DNA from: Camelus dromedarius
Lineage: Eukaryota
Direction of reading: 5' to 3'
NCBI RefSeq assembly: GCF_036321535.1
Contig: NC_087438.1
Span: forward strand, 7,876,001-7,940,000
DNA: 64,000 nucleotides
The translations under genes were made by a program, and so were the position numbers. Positions 25,946 through 37,990 of the stretch are shown here, one piece after another (the stretch's first letter is position 1; the number at the start of each line of letters is the position of its first letter). A model generated the notes under the pieces. It made no database searches. It saw only the letters and a program-made list of their open reading frames with translations, and was not told the DNA's origin.

Positions 25946-27465
25946 TTTTTTAAAAATGTGTTATGTAAACACCATTTTGAGAAGAGTGTTATTTCAGGAA
26001 ATGGATGTGAAAGCCATTTTGTAATCCATGCAGAAAAGTGTTTGAAGACACACGTAATAAAGATGGTTATGAGTGCATAAAAAAAGAAAACATTATTTTA
26101 ATACTTAGTGCCCTGCAGCATAGGAAATTTTAAAGAGTAATTACATACATTAAGAGTATTGTATATGATATTGTTCCAGGAAATTAGAATTGAATGATGG
26201 ATACCGTGACAGAGACTTACTGGATTTTATCAATAAAATGTAAGTATTTCCAGGATATATGGGGTGAAGAAAACTCTATTTGAACTTCTGTCCTACTTTG
26301 TAAACTTTCTCTCAAGAGCAATTCGTTCTTTGACAATAAGTGATTGCAACACTCAATTTATAAGAAACCTACATTGAGACCATTAAAAATAATATAAAAA
26401 ATTAAAAATGGGTAGTTCCTTAGGCCAAACCTCCTCCAGCTTTCTTTCTGAGGTCCCGGGAGTTGGCCGACCAGAAGGAATGGCCTCTGAGTTCTCTTTA
26501 ACATTCCAGGGCAGGAAACTGCAGTGACCTTGGGGCTGAGGTAAAGGTTAATCCTTTTAGGATCTGACCCACCGAATCCTTCGAAGTTGAGAGGCTCACA
26601 GAGATGAAATGAAAGGGCCGCAGGGGCTGGTGCACGCGTGCCAGGAGCGGATGGGAGAACTGAACTGTCAGAATCAATTACTGCAGACTGTCACCTACCA
26701 TCATCACTTCTGCTCCACAAACAGAATTCTTTTTAAAATAATCACATAAATACAAATGCTGAGATTCAAGCAGAATTATTCTTGCTCATTTTCAAAATAT
26801 GTACAGACTTTGGTTAACTCCAGAACCAACAAAGAGCGGGCTATTCTTTACACTAGGAAGTAAATCAGATCTGTGCTACTACACACTAAATTCTGGTCTA
26901 AGCTGATTCGTCCACCTGGGCCCCCATGAAGTTCGCAAACAACTTTGTTACAAGGTACGGCCATCAACGCTAAGGCGTTGGTTTGGTCCAAAGCCAAAAC
27001 TGATCCCAATAACACTCTGATGTTTAAATTTTAGCACGGGCAGCATACATAAAAAGTTTAGATCCATGGTATAGACTGAGTGTAAGCAAGAGCTCCACAT
27101 TCACTTAAATTTTTGATGAGTAGCTGAAAAAAATGATCTTGACTGTTGTTTCAGAGTCTGAGCTAATTTAATTTAAAATTAACTAATTTTACAGACAAAA
27201 GATAATGACATTTTTTTGAAGCAGGCTCAAGACTCAGGTGTGTCTATGATCTCTCTTTCCATTCTAAGTGGAGTCTGCAGATCCAAGTTTCTTTAGAATT
27301 CTTCTATGAAATGTTCACAATAATGAAAGATCAGGCCAGATTCCAGGCATGGGAAGTGAGGCTTCTCTCTAACTGGAACAAGGCAATGTAGCTCCTGTCC
27401 AAGAATAGGGAAGCTTTTCCATGGCAATTTTTTGTAAATTAAATCGTAGTTGAAAATAGTTTTGA

Positions 27466-28027
27466 TGTAAAGCGTACTAGAATATGCCACCCCAAAGCAT
27501 ACCTCTTTGGTGCATGCATAATTTTGAGCACCAGCAGAGACAGGACAAGCTCTCAATGCAGCACAAGTTTTCCTATTGTAAAGGAATTTATCTTTACAAA
27601 GGAAATTTCCATTGGTCAAGAAGTCTCCCTCTCTGGTACCAGGAGGAGGAAATTCTTAACAACTCATCAATGGAGAAGGCACTGACTTAACTCTGCACAA
27701 CAATCCTTAACATACAACCACTGTAACAAATCTTAACATGCAACCTTTGTTTACCACGTTTCCTGGTCTCTTTCTCGTAACTTGTCTCCGCCTCCTGGAA
27801 GCCACATCCCTTTTCCTTTGTTAGCCTAAGATAGTATCTAAGCCCAAGGTCTACCCATCTCTTTGGGTTATGCATCACTGGGCATCCCCCACGTGTATGT
27901 GTCATGTATATATTAATAAATTTCTGTTTTGCTCTTACTAATCTGTCTTTTGTCTGCCTAAATTACGGGACCTCAGCTGGAGAATCTAAGATGCGCAGAG
28001 GAAAAAAAATTTTTTTTCTCCTTTACA
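27466..28027 (+). mobile_element. ERV1 solo LTR, MER34-like
   Basis: TG..CA ends; agaatatgccaccccaaa..ctctttgg..attttgagc start; ttaataaatttctgtttt..taatctgtcttttgtc; ends tttttctcctttaca. Confidence 0.85.
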
Positions 28028-28498
28028 GATGTCAACATCTCATAGTAACCATCTGTGAAAGTCATGGGTTCACGTCTGATCGCAGCATTTTGTAAATGAA
28101 CCATAGAATTCTGTATTTTTCAATTCCCAGAGCTCAAGTTAGGAATATAAAATTGTGCTTGCTTGAAACTATAGCCTTCTGCAATAACCTTGGATAGGCC
28201 AGAACCTTGAAAAAAGTGTCACCAAGGTACCCAGGCTGAGTTTTGTAATCTCTGGAAACTGGCCCCGGGCCTCTTTTTCTAAAAGAGGCTGCAGTTAAAG
28301 ATTAAGTCCTTTTTCCTGACAATTGTCATATTCCTATATGTGCCAATAAAAATGAGTTCTTATACTTTGGTTGTGTTTCTCAGCAGTTTTGTGCCACCAG
28401 ATTACATGTGTCAAATAAAGTAGCTTAAATTTGTGCTTCATAAATGATTGAGGGGAGCGAGAAGGAGGGAGGGAGCAAAAGATAGACAGTATGTATCC

Positions 28499-28538
28499 GT
28501 GTGTCTGTGTGTGTGTGTGCTTGATTGTGTGTGTGTGC
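28499..28538. repeat. (TG)n microsatellite, interrupted
   Basis: Seen directly. Confidence 0.85.
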
Positions 28539-28596
28539 ACGTAGGGAGAGCAATTTAAAGACAAACATTCTCATTATATAATGACTGAAAACAAAA

Positions 28597-29011
28597 GTGT
28601 GGTGGTTAAACCACCATAACGTCTGGTCCTGGCTTAAATGACACTGGGACAGACTCATCTAACTGCCTGCTCCAGGAAGTACTTGCCTCTGGGAGTTCAG
28701 ACTCTGAACTCATCAGCTATTTACCAAAAGTAATAGCTTGCTCATCAAAACTTACCCCAAGACCCCGGCCCCGCCGTGCCACCAGCCCAGAGCTGTTGTG
28801 TTATAAATTCTGCCCAACCCCACTGGCTCCACCTTGCAGTGCACACCTTCGAATCACCCAGCCAAGGACCTGAGGCCCCATCGATGCTCTGCCCAGTTAT
28901 TCCTTTGGACACTTGCCAGGTAGCGCTCTCCTTTACTGCAGTATGTCTAAGACACTTAGCTTTCTTTGCTTAATCAACAGGTTTTTCCAGTGGCCTTTGA
29001 GGAAGCTGACA
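28597..29011 (+). mobile_element. Old ERV1 solo LTR (MER89/MER90/MER110-like)
   Basis: 3' end ctctcctttactgcagta..cttagcttt..tgcttaatcaacaggttttt..gtggcctttg..gctgaca is typical of this group; exact family uncertain. Confidence 0.55.
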
Positions 29012-29487
29012 GGTGACAAGCCACGCCCATGTACATTACTAAAAAAAAAATGAGTAGATAGTTAATTTCATCTTCAATAAACATGGGGGCTGGCAAATGC
29101 CTGAGTCTGCAGGGCATCCATGGGCCATAAAGTCACGACTTGATGGGAGTGGACGACAACGGGTGTTACACTGCTTGCAGCTCTATTAAGTACTTACTAT
29201 AACCCAGAGGTTACACAGCCCACGCTCTTCTTGGTGGCCCCAGGCTGCCATCCCAAATATTCTGGGCCAAGAGTGAGGAGGCAAATTTGAAATTATACAG
29301 GCTTGTACACAGATAGGGATGACATCACCTTGGCGATGTTTTTACACTACAGGTAGCGCCTCATTCTCCTACGGGAGGCAACATAAGGACTCAGACTGAG
29401 TTGTGGGAACATCCTTAGCTAAGAATCTCTGGAAAGGGGACAGCTGGGGACAGTCATCTACACGGAGCCGATTTAAAGCAGACCCTT

Positions 29488-29739
29488 GATGTGGAGAACA
29501 AATTAGTGGTTACCAGTAGGGATACGGAAGTGGAGAGGGGAGTGTAGGCGTAGCGGAGTATGAGGTACAAACTATTAGGTATAAAATAAGCTACAGGGAT
29601 ACACTGTACAACACAGGGAATACAGCCAATATCTCATAATAACTATAAATGGAGTATAACCTTTAAAAATTGTGAATCACTATGCTGTACACTGTAACTT
29701 ATATAACACTGTACATCAACTATAATAAAAATTTTTAAG
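29488..29739 (+). mobile_element. 5'-truncated L1 3' end with degenerate TSD
   Basis: gagaacaaattagtggttaccagt..tataaaataagctacaggga..gtgaatcactatgctgtaca; TSD aagcagaccctt (29476-29487) / aagtacaccctt (29740-29751). Confidence 0.88.
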
Positions 29740-30049
29740 AAGTACACCCTTAGTTCCTATGACTCTCAAAGAAAAGCAGTCTTGATGAAGACATGGATGG
29801 CAGAGTGAAAACAGAGAGTGCTGGGAATCAGAGACTGGAGTTTTAACTCAGCTCTCACACAACTAGGATTAAACAGAATTCAGCTTTTAGGAGGCCCTCA
29901 AGAGGGGCCTTACTGAATGGATGAATAGTCGAAAGAATGAACAAGTACATTAATGAAGTTACTGGGTTGTGGCTTAAGTACAAGGATCTCAAATTTTACA
30001 GAGCACGGCTGAGCCAGGCATCCCAAATAAGATCACATTGAAAAAGCAA

Positions 30050-30210
30050 TGAGAATAACAGCCAAAAATATCTGCCACTGTTGAGTTCTTCTTATATGGT
30101 AGGGTCTTTGCTAGTCACCCTGTGTGTTATTAACTCGGGGAAACCCTCAACCAATTGCATTTTACAGATGAGGAAACAGATACAGAGAAGGTGAGTCCCT
30201 CTTCTAATGG
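30050..30210 (-). mobile_element. MIR fragment
   Basis: cattttacagatgaggaaacagatacagagaaggtgagt. Confidence 0.7.
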
Positions 30211-31959
30211 CACTGCCCTTGAAGGTGAAAGTGAAGGTCAGGCAAGAGTGTGACCGTTATGCATACGAACAATCAGACAAACGTCAGGCACATAAATCTG
30301 CTCCTTGAAATCGGAGAACGGCGATGCGGCTTGCAGTCCTTTGAAGCAGAATACATGAACACAAGAGAATGTTTTCCTTTTCATCTTTTGCCAGTTTCTT
30401 TTTAGCCTCAGGTCATAGAACTTGAGAAATTTCAAGAAGTCATTTGAGTTCACAGAATGAAGAACATTCAGTTTTGAAACAACTTTTACAAGTAATTTTT
30501 CTTGCAAACACTTAATTCTGCTGACCTCTACTAAAAATATACACAGCTACAATCTTCCACGGAAAATACTGAACAAAACAAAAAAAATCAGATTGAGATG
30601 AAGGCTAACTTAAAACTCAATCCTTCCTCTGTCCACATCATTAATTTTAAAACTAGGTCTTATTTTCAGTCAAGTCAAAATCGTCTGACATGGTCGCTCC
30701 ATTGTCATAATACTACTGGTCATCACAAGCCCTCATTTACTGAGCCATTACCAGGTCACATGAACTGTTTTATTAAATCCTTACCCCAAGCCTGGGACAG
30801 AGGTACTGCAATTGATTTCATTTAACAGATTCATAACGAAAGATTTAAGAGGTTACAGAAATCCCCCAGGACAGGTAACAAACAAGAGAGACAGAGCTGG
30901 AATATAAATACATGCTCTCACACTCCAAATTATCTTGCCTTTTAGAGACATTCCGTTCAGACGTTATTCTTCATGGAAAATATGATGACAGTGAATTAGA
31001 ACATTAAGACTCACTTATAATCTCTGATGATCACCCTCAAATTTGTATTTCTGTGTTTCATTTCCATAACTCCAAGTTTGAACATTTATTATTGTATTTT
31101 TTCCTTGCAACATATTTTCTTCTCTCTCATATTCCTCAAGATAATCTACTACCCAAACCAGAGACTGGGGAAAGTATGCATTTCTTTGTGTCATTTCTAT
31201 GGTTTTAATTTTTCAGCAGGCATTCTGAGTGCCTACAAACAAGGTATTGCTAGGCACTATGGACACTATCTAGTAAATTAATCAGAGTCTACTTGGGGGA
31301 GATAAAATGTATACTTGCCCAATGAAAAATGAAATTTACACTATACAGCATTCTGTATGATGACTATGAACTGTCAGAGACGGTGTGCCATGAAAATTCA
31401 GGTAACAAAAAATCACCAGGGGAAGGAATCCCAGAGACTATAGTGGAGGTGGCCCTTGAGGGATGAGAACAGGCAGCCAGGTGTCCAGAAAGAAAGAGAA
31501 AATCCTTACAGACATGAATGGGTAACAGATGATGATGTCAATGTCCATGGTAGACACCCACTAAAATGTCAGCCAAGTAAAGAAACACATTACTCAGCAA
31601 TCAGATGGATACTTGATATTTAGATAATCATAGGCTTACATCAGAATAATAGCCGCCATGCTATCCCACGGGGAAATTAAGAAGAACATCCATGCACAGT
31701 CTCCATCTTTGGAAATTCTGATATAAGTGGTCTCACGTGGGCCCTGCACCGGCATTTTTTTTTAAAGTAGCCAGAGTGAAGAACCCCTGGAAGTTACTGT
31801 ATCGTTGTCTTGGTGGGTCTAACTGAGTCAGTCTCTCCCATTACGACTTCTCTCTGATGAACACAGGAAAACCAGCAGCTCTGAGTAAAGGAAAGTGAAT
31901 AATGTGCTTCGCGAGGTGTTTGTACTTTACACCTCCGTGACCCAGCAGAGTGATTCGCG

Positions 31960-32290
31960 TCTTCATTTGCTCATTCATTTGATTATTCATTTACTCAATA
32001 CACAAAAAATATTCTTTGTCCAGCAAGAACTGTTTCAAGCCTTAGAACGAGCAAGGCACCTAAGAATTCAGTTCTACAAGCATTCAGCAGCTTGGGGGCA
32101 GTTCCCTTGCAGAGCTGGGGACACTGCAATGAAAACGGGACAGCAGACGTCTCACGTGTCCGGGAGCTTTGGTGGACCTACCGAGACTAGGACGTCAAAA
32201 GGCCTCATAAAAGTCAGATCAGACCGAGAGGACATCACGTTCAGGGAAGACAAGGAAGGTCTGCGTGCCTGGAGAATTGTGCGGGGCGTG
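31960..32290 (-). mobile_element. L2 3' remnant
   Basis: ttcatttgctcattcatttgattattcatttactcaa tail followed by degenerate L2-like sequence. Confidence 0.5.
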
Positions 32291-32552
32291 TAAGAGGCGT
32301 TCCATTTCCTCCCTCCGCAATGAGTGATTTTCAGAAAGGATGGCATTGTTGACGTCAAGACTCTGAGAGGAGAGTGGGATGTAGGTGCTCTGTGTTTAGG
32401 ATCCAAGGAAAATCCTTGCACTTTTGTTTTTTAAGCGTCTAGATAGGAACAGTGATGTTCAATTATAAAGTCACTTTCCTATCAGCTCCGTATCTACAGC
32501 ACTATGACGTCTAACGCTGTCTAGTCAGGACTCACACTGCTGTGTAAAAAAA

Positions 32553-32770
32553 CCAGGGATACATCAGGAGTTTGGGATTAGCAGATACAAACTACTATAT
32601 ACAGAACAGATAAACAAGGTCCTACCGTATAGCACTGGGAACAATACTCAATACCTTGTAATAACCTACAATGAAAAAGAAACTATACATGTATAACTGA
32701 ATCACAATGCTGTACACCAGAAACTAACACAACATTGTAAATCAAGTAAACTTGAATTAAAAAAAAAAAA
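32553..32770 (+). mobile_element. 5'-truncated L1 3' end, cetartiodactyl type
   Basis: ggagtttgggattagcagatacaaactactatata..actgaatcacaatgctgtacaccagaaactaacacaacattgtaaatcaa + A12. Confidence 0.9.
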
Positions 32771-32784
32771 TCAAGTGTGCCCTT

Positions 32785-33156
32785 GTGTCGAAGCTCCCAA
32801 ACACTCCTGCCCTGGAACACACAGCCAGGTTCAGCCAATGGAGGAATCTGTGGGAGGCCAGAAGGCACGAGGAGAGAGAGCTGGGGTGTTTCTGCTTCCC
32901 CTGCACCCCCTCCTTGGTTCTGCCCACAGGGCTGGGATCCTTAGTGGCTACAGCACCCCCACCCCAAGGCTCCTGATCTTCTGGGATCTAGAAACACCAT
33001 TCCCTCCCACTGTTCCTACAGATGATAGCTGCCTGGCCATCCCAGGCTCAGCCCCTTGCCCTGCCCACACCTTGGAAAAGGGTCCCTTCAGGCAAGTCTC
33101 TCCAGCATCCTAGCTGAATGGACCTCATGTGTCCTACTGGCACCCTGACGAGAGCA
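32785..33156 (+). mobile_element. ERVL solo LTR remnant, LTR33-like
   Basis: ggttcagccaatggagg..gaggagagagagctggggtgttt..ccctgcccacacctt..gtcccttca..tcctactggcaccctgac. Confidence 0.6.
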
Positions 33157-33369
33157 TGCGGGGAGGGGGCATATACTAAAAAGGGCCTTGGAGGCCGTGG
33201 TCAGAAGTTTCTGTTTTATCAATGAGTGCAGAGGGACATCATTTAGCAGGTAACTGTCGCAACTAGATCTTTGTTTTTACAATGTTTCCCTCCTTCTGGT
33301 GCATCTACAGCACTAAAAAACAAAGTACAACATTAATTCCCAGTCACTCAGCTTCTGTACCTTTTTAAA

Positions 33370-33520
33370 AAACTTTTTTTTAAATTATTAAGATGAAATT
33401 GACATAACATCAAAGTAACCAGTTTAAAGTATACAGATCAGTGGCATTTAGTGCATTCACAATGATGTGTGACCATCACCTTGATCTAGTCCAAAACACT
33501 TCCATCACCCCAAAAGGACA
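33370..33520 (-). mobile_element. L1MB-like 3' end
   Basis: aagatgaaattgacataac..tttaaagtatacagatcagtggcatttagtgcattcacaatg..ccatcaccccaaaagga. Confidence 0.85.
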
Positions 33521-33529
33521 GCTGGTTTT

Positions 33530-34030
33530 TCAAGACCATTCTGGAAGTTTTCAGCAGAGAATGGGCTGAAATGAGGTAAGGAGTGAGCAGGCCGGTTAGA
33601 AGGCTACTTCGATTTCCAGGGGCGAAATGATCAGGCCAGCAGAGATGGAAGCAGTCAGGTCTGACTTACAATGTCTGGCCTGGCAGATGGACTGGGCGTA
33701 GGGGCCGATGAAATGGAAAGGTCCTGGCCTTGTGCAACAGAGGTGAGGAGGACTGGAGGAAAAAGAGGTCTGGAGAGAAACTGCGGATTGCAGTCTCGGA
33801 TGTGTTAACTGTGAGATGCCAAATAGACACCCAACAGAGATGTCAAGAGGCAGCTGGATGCATGAGTCTGGAGCTCAGCCCTCCAGAGATAAATTTAGTG
33901 CCGTCTGCGGTTAGATGGTATTTAAAACTGTGGGACTGGATGGAGTTACAGAAATAGAGTTCAGAATAAAGAACCAAAAGCCCAGGGCTGGTCCTAAGCA
34001 CGCCTGCATTTAGAGTCTGGTGGCGAAGGC
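33530..34030 (-). mobile_element. L2 remnant
   Basis: aggccggttagaaggctact..gatgtgttaactgtgagatgcc..gaggcagctggatgcatgagtctggagctcag..gatggtatttaaaactgtgggactggatg. Confidence 0.7.
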
Positions 34031-34122
34031 TTTTTGGCAGGAAGAAGAAAAGCACTACGAAAAACGCAGCGGCACAGACTGTTAACCGTGGGAAACGCTT
34101 CTCCTGAGTCTGAGCAGATACC

Positions 34123-34244
34123 TTTTTTTGTTAGTTGCTGAGTTGTTTCTTTGTTTGTTTGTTTTAAAGGAGGCACTGGGGATTGAACCAGGACCTCGTG
34201 CACGCTAAGCATGGGCTCTGCCACTGAGCTACACCCACTGCCCC
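34123..34244 (-). mobile_element. tRNA-Ala-derived SINE (Vic-1-like)
   Basis: Reverse complement gggtgtagctcagtggcagagcccatgcttagcgtgcacgaggtcctggttcaatccccagtgcctcc + (AAAC)n/A tail. Confidence 0.88.
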
Positions 34245-37200
34245 GCCCCGAGCTTTTTTTTTTAAATCATAGGGACTCTGAAAGTTCAAGTTCTTTTATT
34301 ATCCGCATTCATGAAAAACCGAGCTGCCGTTCTCATTTAAAAGCATCTGTTTTAGGCCCATCAGTGGGTTGACTGAGGACAAATGAAAACGAGTTATCCA
34401 GCTGATCCTTACAGCATGTATTCAGTGACTATAAGCAGAACAAATGACATGAGGGGATAAAATCACTTATTTTAGGTATTTCCCGAATCAAAGCAGCAGC
34501 CACAGAACCAGAGCGCGGCAAAGCGTGCATAACGGCAAGGCCTCTATTATGATTGGAATGTAAAACGTAATAGGATTTTCAGAAAACAATTTAGGCAAAG
34601 TGACAATCTTGCTTACTGAAATGCTATGTGACATTCAGCATTACTCCTTCAGGTAAAATTACAAAATTGATAAAATGACTTTTAGAGCTATTGTTGAATA
34701 TGCCGCACAAATGTAATGCATTTATCTGTTGACTAAGCCTCAGGTTAGTACAAAAACGACACCGTTTCCTGAGAATTGAAGGCGACTTTTACTGAGTCAT
34801 TAAGCCAAAACTTGGGATTTTCTACACTTTGTTTCGAACCAAATTTTAGAATACGTCTATTTTTGTTTGACATTAGCGGTATCTCTGCATGGATAGAGAG
34901 TAAAAGAATGAACTCCCTCTTACAGGATAGTTAATTTCTATCAGATTTTAATTTCCCCCAAAGTGCACGCTTTTGTATATACTTTTGGTATATAAGGTTT
35001 TCTAAGATAACAATAATGTTATTTTTCTGATTATAAAATTAACGCAGAATAACCATAAAATCATCAGTCTATTGAAAAAAGATGAAGGAGAAGGAGGGGA
35101 AGACAAGAAACCCACGAGAGATAATCATGTTTGAGGGAACACGCTTGGTGTACGTCCTTGTGGGTCACTTTACAGAAACAGAACCGCAGTATACACGCTG
35201 TTTAATATGTTCCTTGTATTCAACGTGTGTCTTGGATATATAATGATATCAACAAATATCTAGTTATCAACAAATGCCTATATCTAAATAAAAATATCTT
35301 AATTTTTAACGCATGGTAGGGTTTTATCTGACGGACTGTTTTCATCCAGTTGTGGACTGATGGACATTCAGGTAGTTTCTGATTTTTTTTTTTTTGTGCT
35401 GACATTGGCTCCTACTGTGTGCCAGGAAATATTTTACATGCTTTCTGTCTATTAACTCACTGGGCCTTAAGATTTTTCTTAGTAGCTTCTCAGTATAAAT
35501 TCCTGTAACTTGAACAGCTAGGTAAAGAGTCTTTACGTTTTAAGTGCTGAGGCACATTGCCAAAATGCTCCCCAGAAGCATGGCACTCGTGGCACTTTCA
35601 GCAGTGATGCCCAGTCTGCTGGCTCCAGCCAACGCTGCAAGCCAGCCATCATTCTGATCTTTGGAGAGCTAACACCAAACACAGTGTCTCTTCCCACTGG
35701 CATTCCTTTCAATTAAACCTCTCCTTATGAGTATGTTAGCTGCTTGCATGTTGTTTTCTGAAATGCCAGATCGTAATTTTGATTTTATTTCCCAATTGGG
35801 TCATGCTTGGGAATAAACATATACATAAAGCTACTGAAAGTTGCAAAGCTTGTGAAGACCCAGAAGAATTTAGAGGGTATCAGAACTAGTACTGATGCCC
35901 ACAATCATTATTTCTTTTTCCTATCTCTGATCTTCCTCTTTTGTTTTTTTTTTTAGTACTGATACCACATTTCACTTGTAATGGTACTTTCGAATTCATT
36001 TGTTTTCTATGACTATTCCTTCTTTTTAAAATCCAGGTGGCATCTGTCTTTGCTGTTTCCCACTGACATGATTTGTCTTGTATCCTTGTGTCCTGCTAGG
36101 AGCAAGCTTAAACGATGACAAACAGAATGTGCAAAAAGACTTTGGGGAACCTGCAGCCAATAGACATGTATGTTGTTGACAACGGATGTTAACACTGTTT
36201 CAATGGCAAACTCTCTTCCCTGTTGCCAGAGTCTAAGGCCGTAAGGCCCGAGCCATCCTCATTAGGAAGCAGACGCACTGCATTGTGTTTGTAGGTTGAG
36301 GGTGGTAGCATTGATGTGGCTGAAGAGCAGGACGAACTCAACCCGTGGAATGAGCTCCAACTTACCTAACTAGTAATCCCTCCCCCTCTCTCCATAGCAT
36401 GCTACTCGGATGTGCAGCTTCCTTCCCCCAACCTGTAATAATGGGAACTCAGGATCCAGCATCATCCTAATTGGACTCTGTTGGCACAATTCTGATTCAT
36501 TATTTCTAGCTTAAAATACCACATCATTTTTATCTAGAAATACCACAATAATCTAACTGCTTTCACCACCCCTGTTTATCCCAAACCCGGCTATTTATTC
36601 CAATCCATCATGTCACTGCTGTCAGACTAATGTTCCTACCCGGCAGTAGGGATTCGTGTCACTGCCCCACTCAACAACCATCTGTTTGTCCCCACCACCA
36701 ACAGATTTAAGAAAAAAATGACTTAATAAGAGAGCAAATGACATACTGTAAGAGCAAGGCAATAGGATTTGCTGATGCGTTATTCATACAAGTTTTTAAA
36801 ATAAATTCTTAAAGAGAGTTAAGGATAATAGCATTAAAAAAAAAAAAGCTTCTCTTCTGCAGTCTGAGCTAATGAAGTCCAGATACACAGTCCTCCGACT
36901 GATTGTTACAGACAGATGGACTTTATAACACCTGTAAAGTTGGGTGAGTATTACATCTCTTAGCTAAACTTAACAAATCCCCAAACACTTAGATTTTCAG
37001 CATGGAGTAAATAAGACTTTAGAGTTCTAAGAAGAGTGGGTTGTAGCTAGTCTGTGTCTTAGACTCAAGAGAAATTCTTGTGCTTTTGCTTCTAGGTGTC
37101 CAGATAGGAAAAGCAATGTTCAGATACAAAACTCAAGGCTTATGGCTTTCAGTTTCCTGCCAACTCTACAGCTACAGAACGGCGACATCTAACAGACTAT

Positions 37201-37754
37201 CTCTGGTCAGGACCTACATCGTTACTGAAAAATGAAAAACAGCAAACAAATTCTTGTCTACTCAAGGATGGAAGGCACTATTTATTTGAGACTCTAGAGT
37301 TTTTAAGAGAAAAAAATAATCAAAATATATGTAAAACAGATATGCACCACAAATGATTAAGAACAACTTTCACTTGTCAACTCCTACAAGCTAAAAAAAT
37401 AGGAGAAGTGAGATTCTGAGGGGCATCATTAGATCTATAATACGCCCTCATTAAACTATGTGGAGTTAACCCTTAGATAGAAATGTTTATAACATCCATT
37501 TAAATTCTGAAAAGTATCTTGCAAAAACAACTTTTGTGACTTTTGATATTGAGTTGTTTTTATGGCAATATTTAGATAGCATTGTCTATTATATTTCCAA
37601 GTGCATTATGTTTCATGATAATAAAATATCCTTAGATGGAAAGTATCCTCAATTTTATTACATAAAAACATGCATCAATTAATTTAAAACTATGTCAAGT
37701 TGTTTATATCAGAGAAGTGTATATAAAGTAACACATTGATTCCTGATAGTTACT

Positions 37755-37960
37755 GGTATGGTGGTGGTGAAGGTTGTGGTAGTGGTGGTGATGATGATGG
37801 TGGTGCAGGTGGTAATGGTGATGACGGTGATGATGGTGGAAGTGGTGATGGTGGTGGAGGTGGTGATGGTGGTGGAGGTGGTGATAACAGTGATGGAGGT
37901 GGAGGTGGTGATGATGGTGATGGAGGTGGTGAGGAGATGGTGGTGGAAGTGGCAATGGAG
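37755..37960. repeat. Degenerate trinucleotide repeat (GGT/GAT/GGA)n, about 200 bp
   Basis: Seen directly; it produces the poly-Gly/Asp, poly-Val/Met and poly-His pseudo-ORFs. Confidence 0.95.
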
Positions 37961-37990
37961 ATAATAATGAAATAGAAAAGGAAGAATTCA

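Noticed and set aside
27700..27746. Short direct repeat (cttaacat.caacc twice)
   Set aside because: Small internal duplication within an LTR; not an array.
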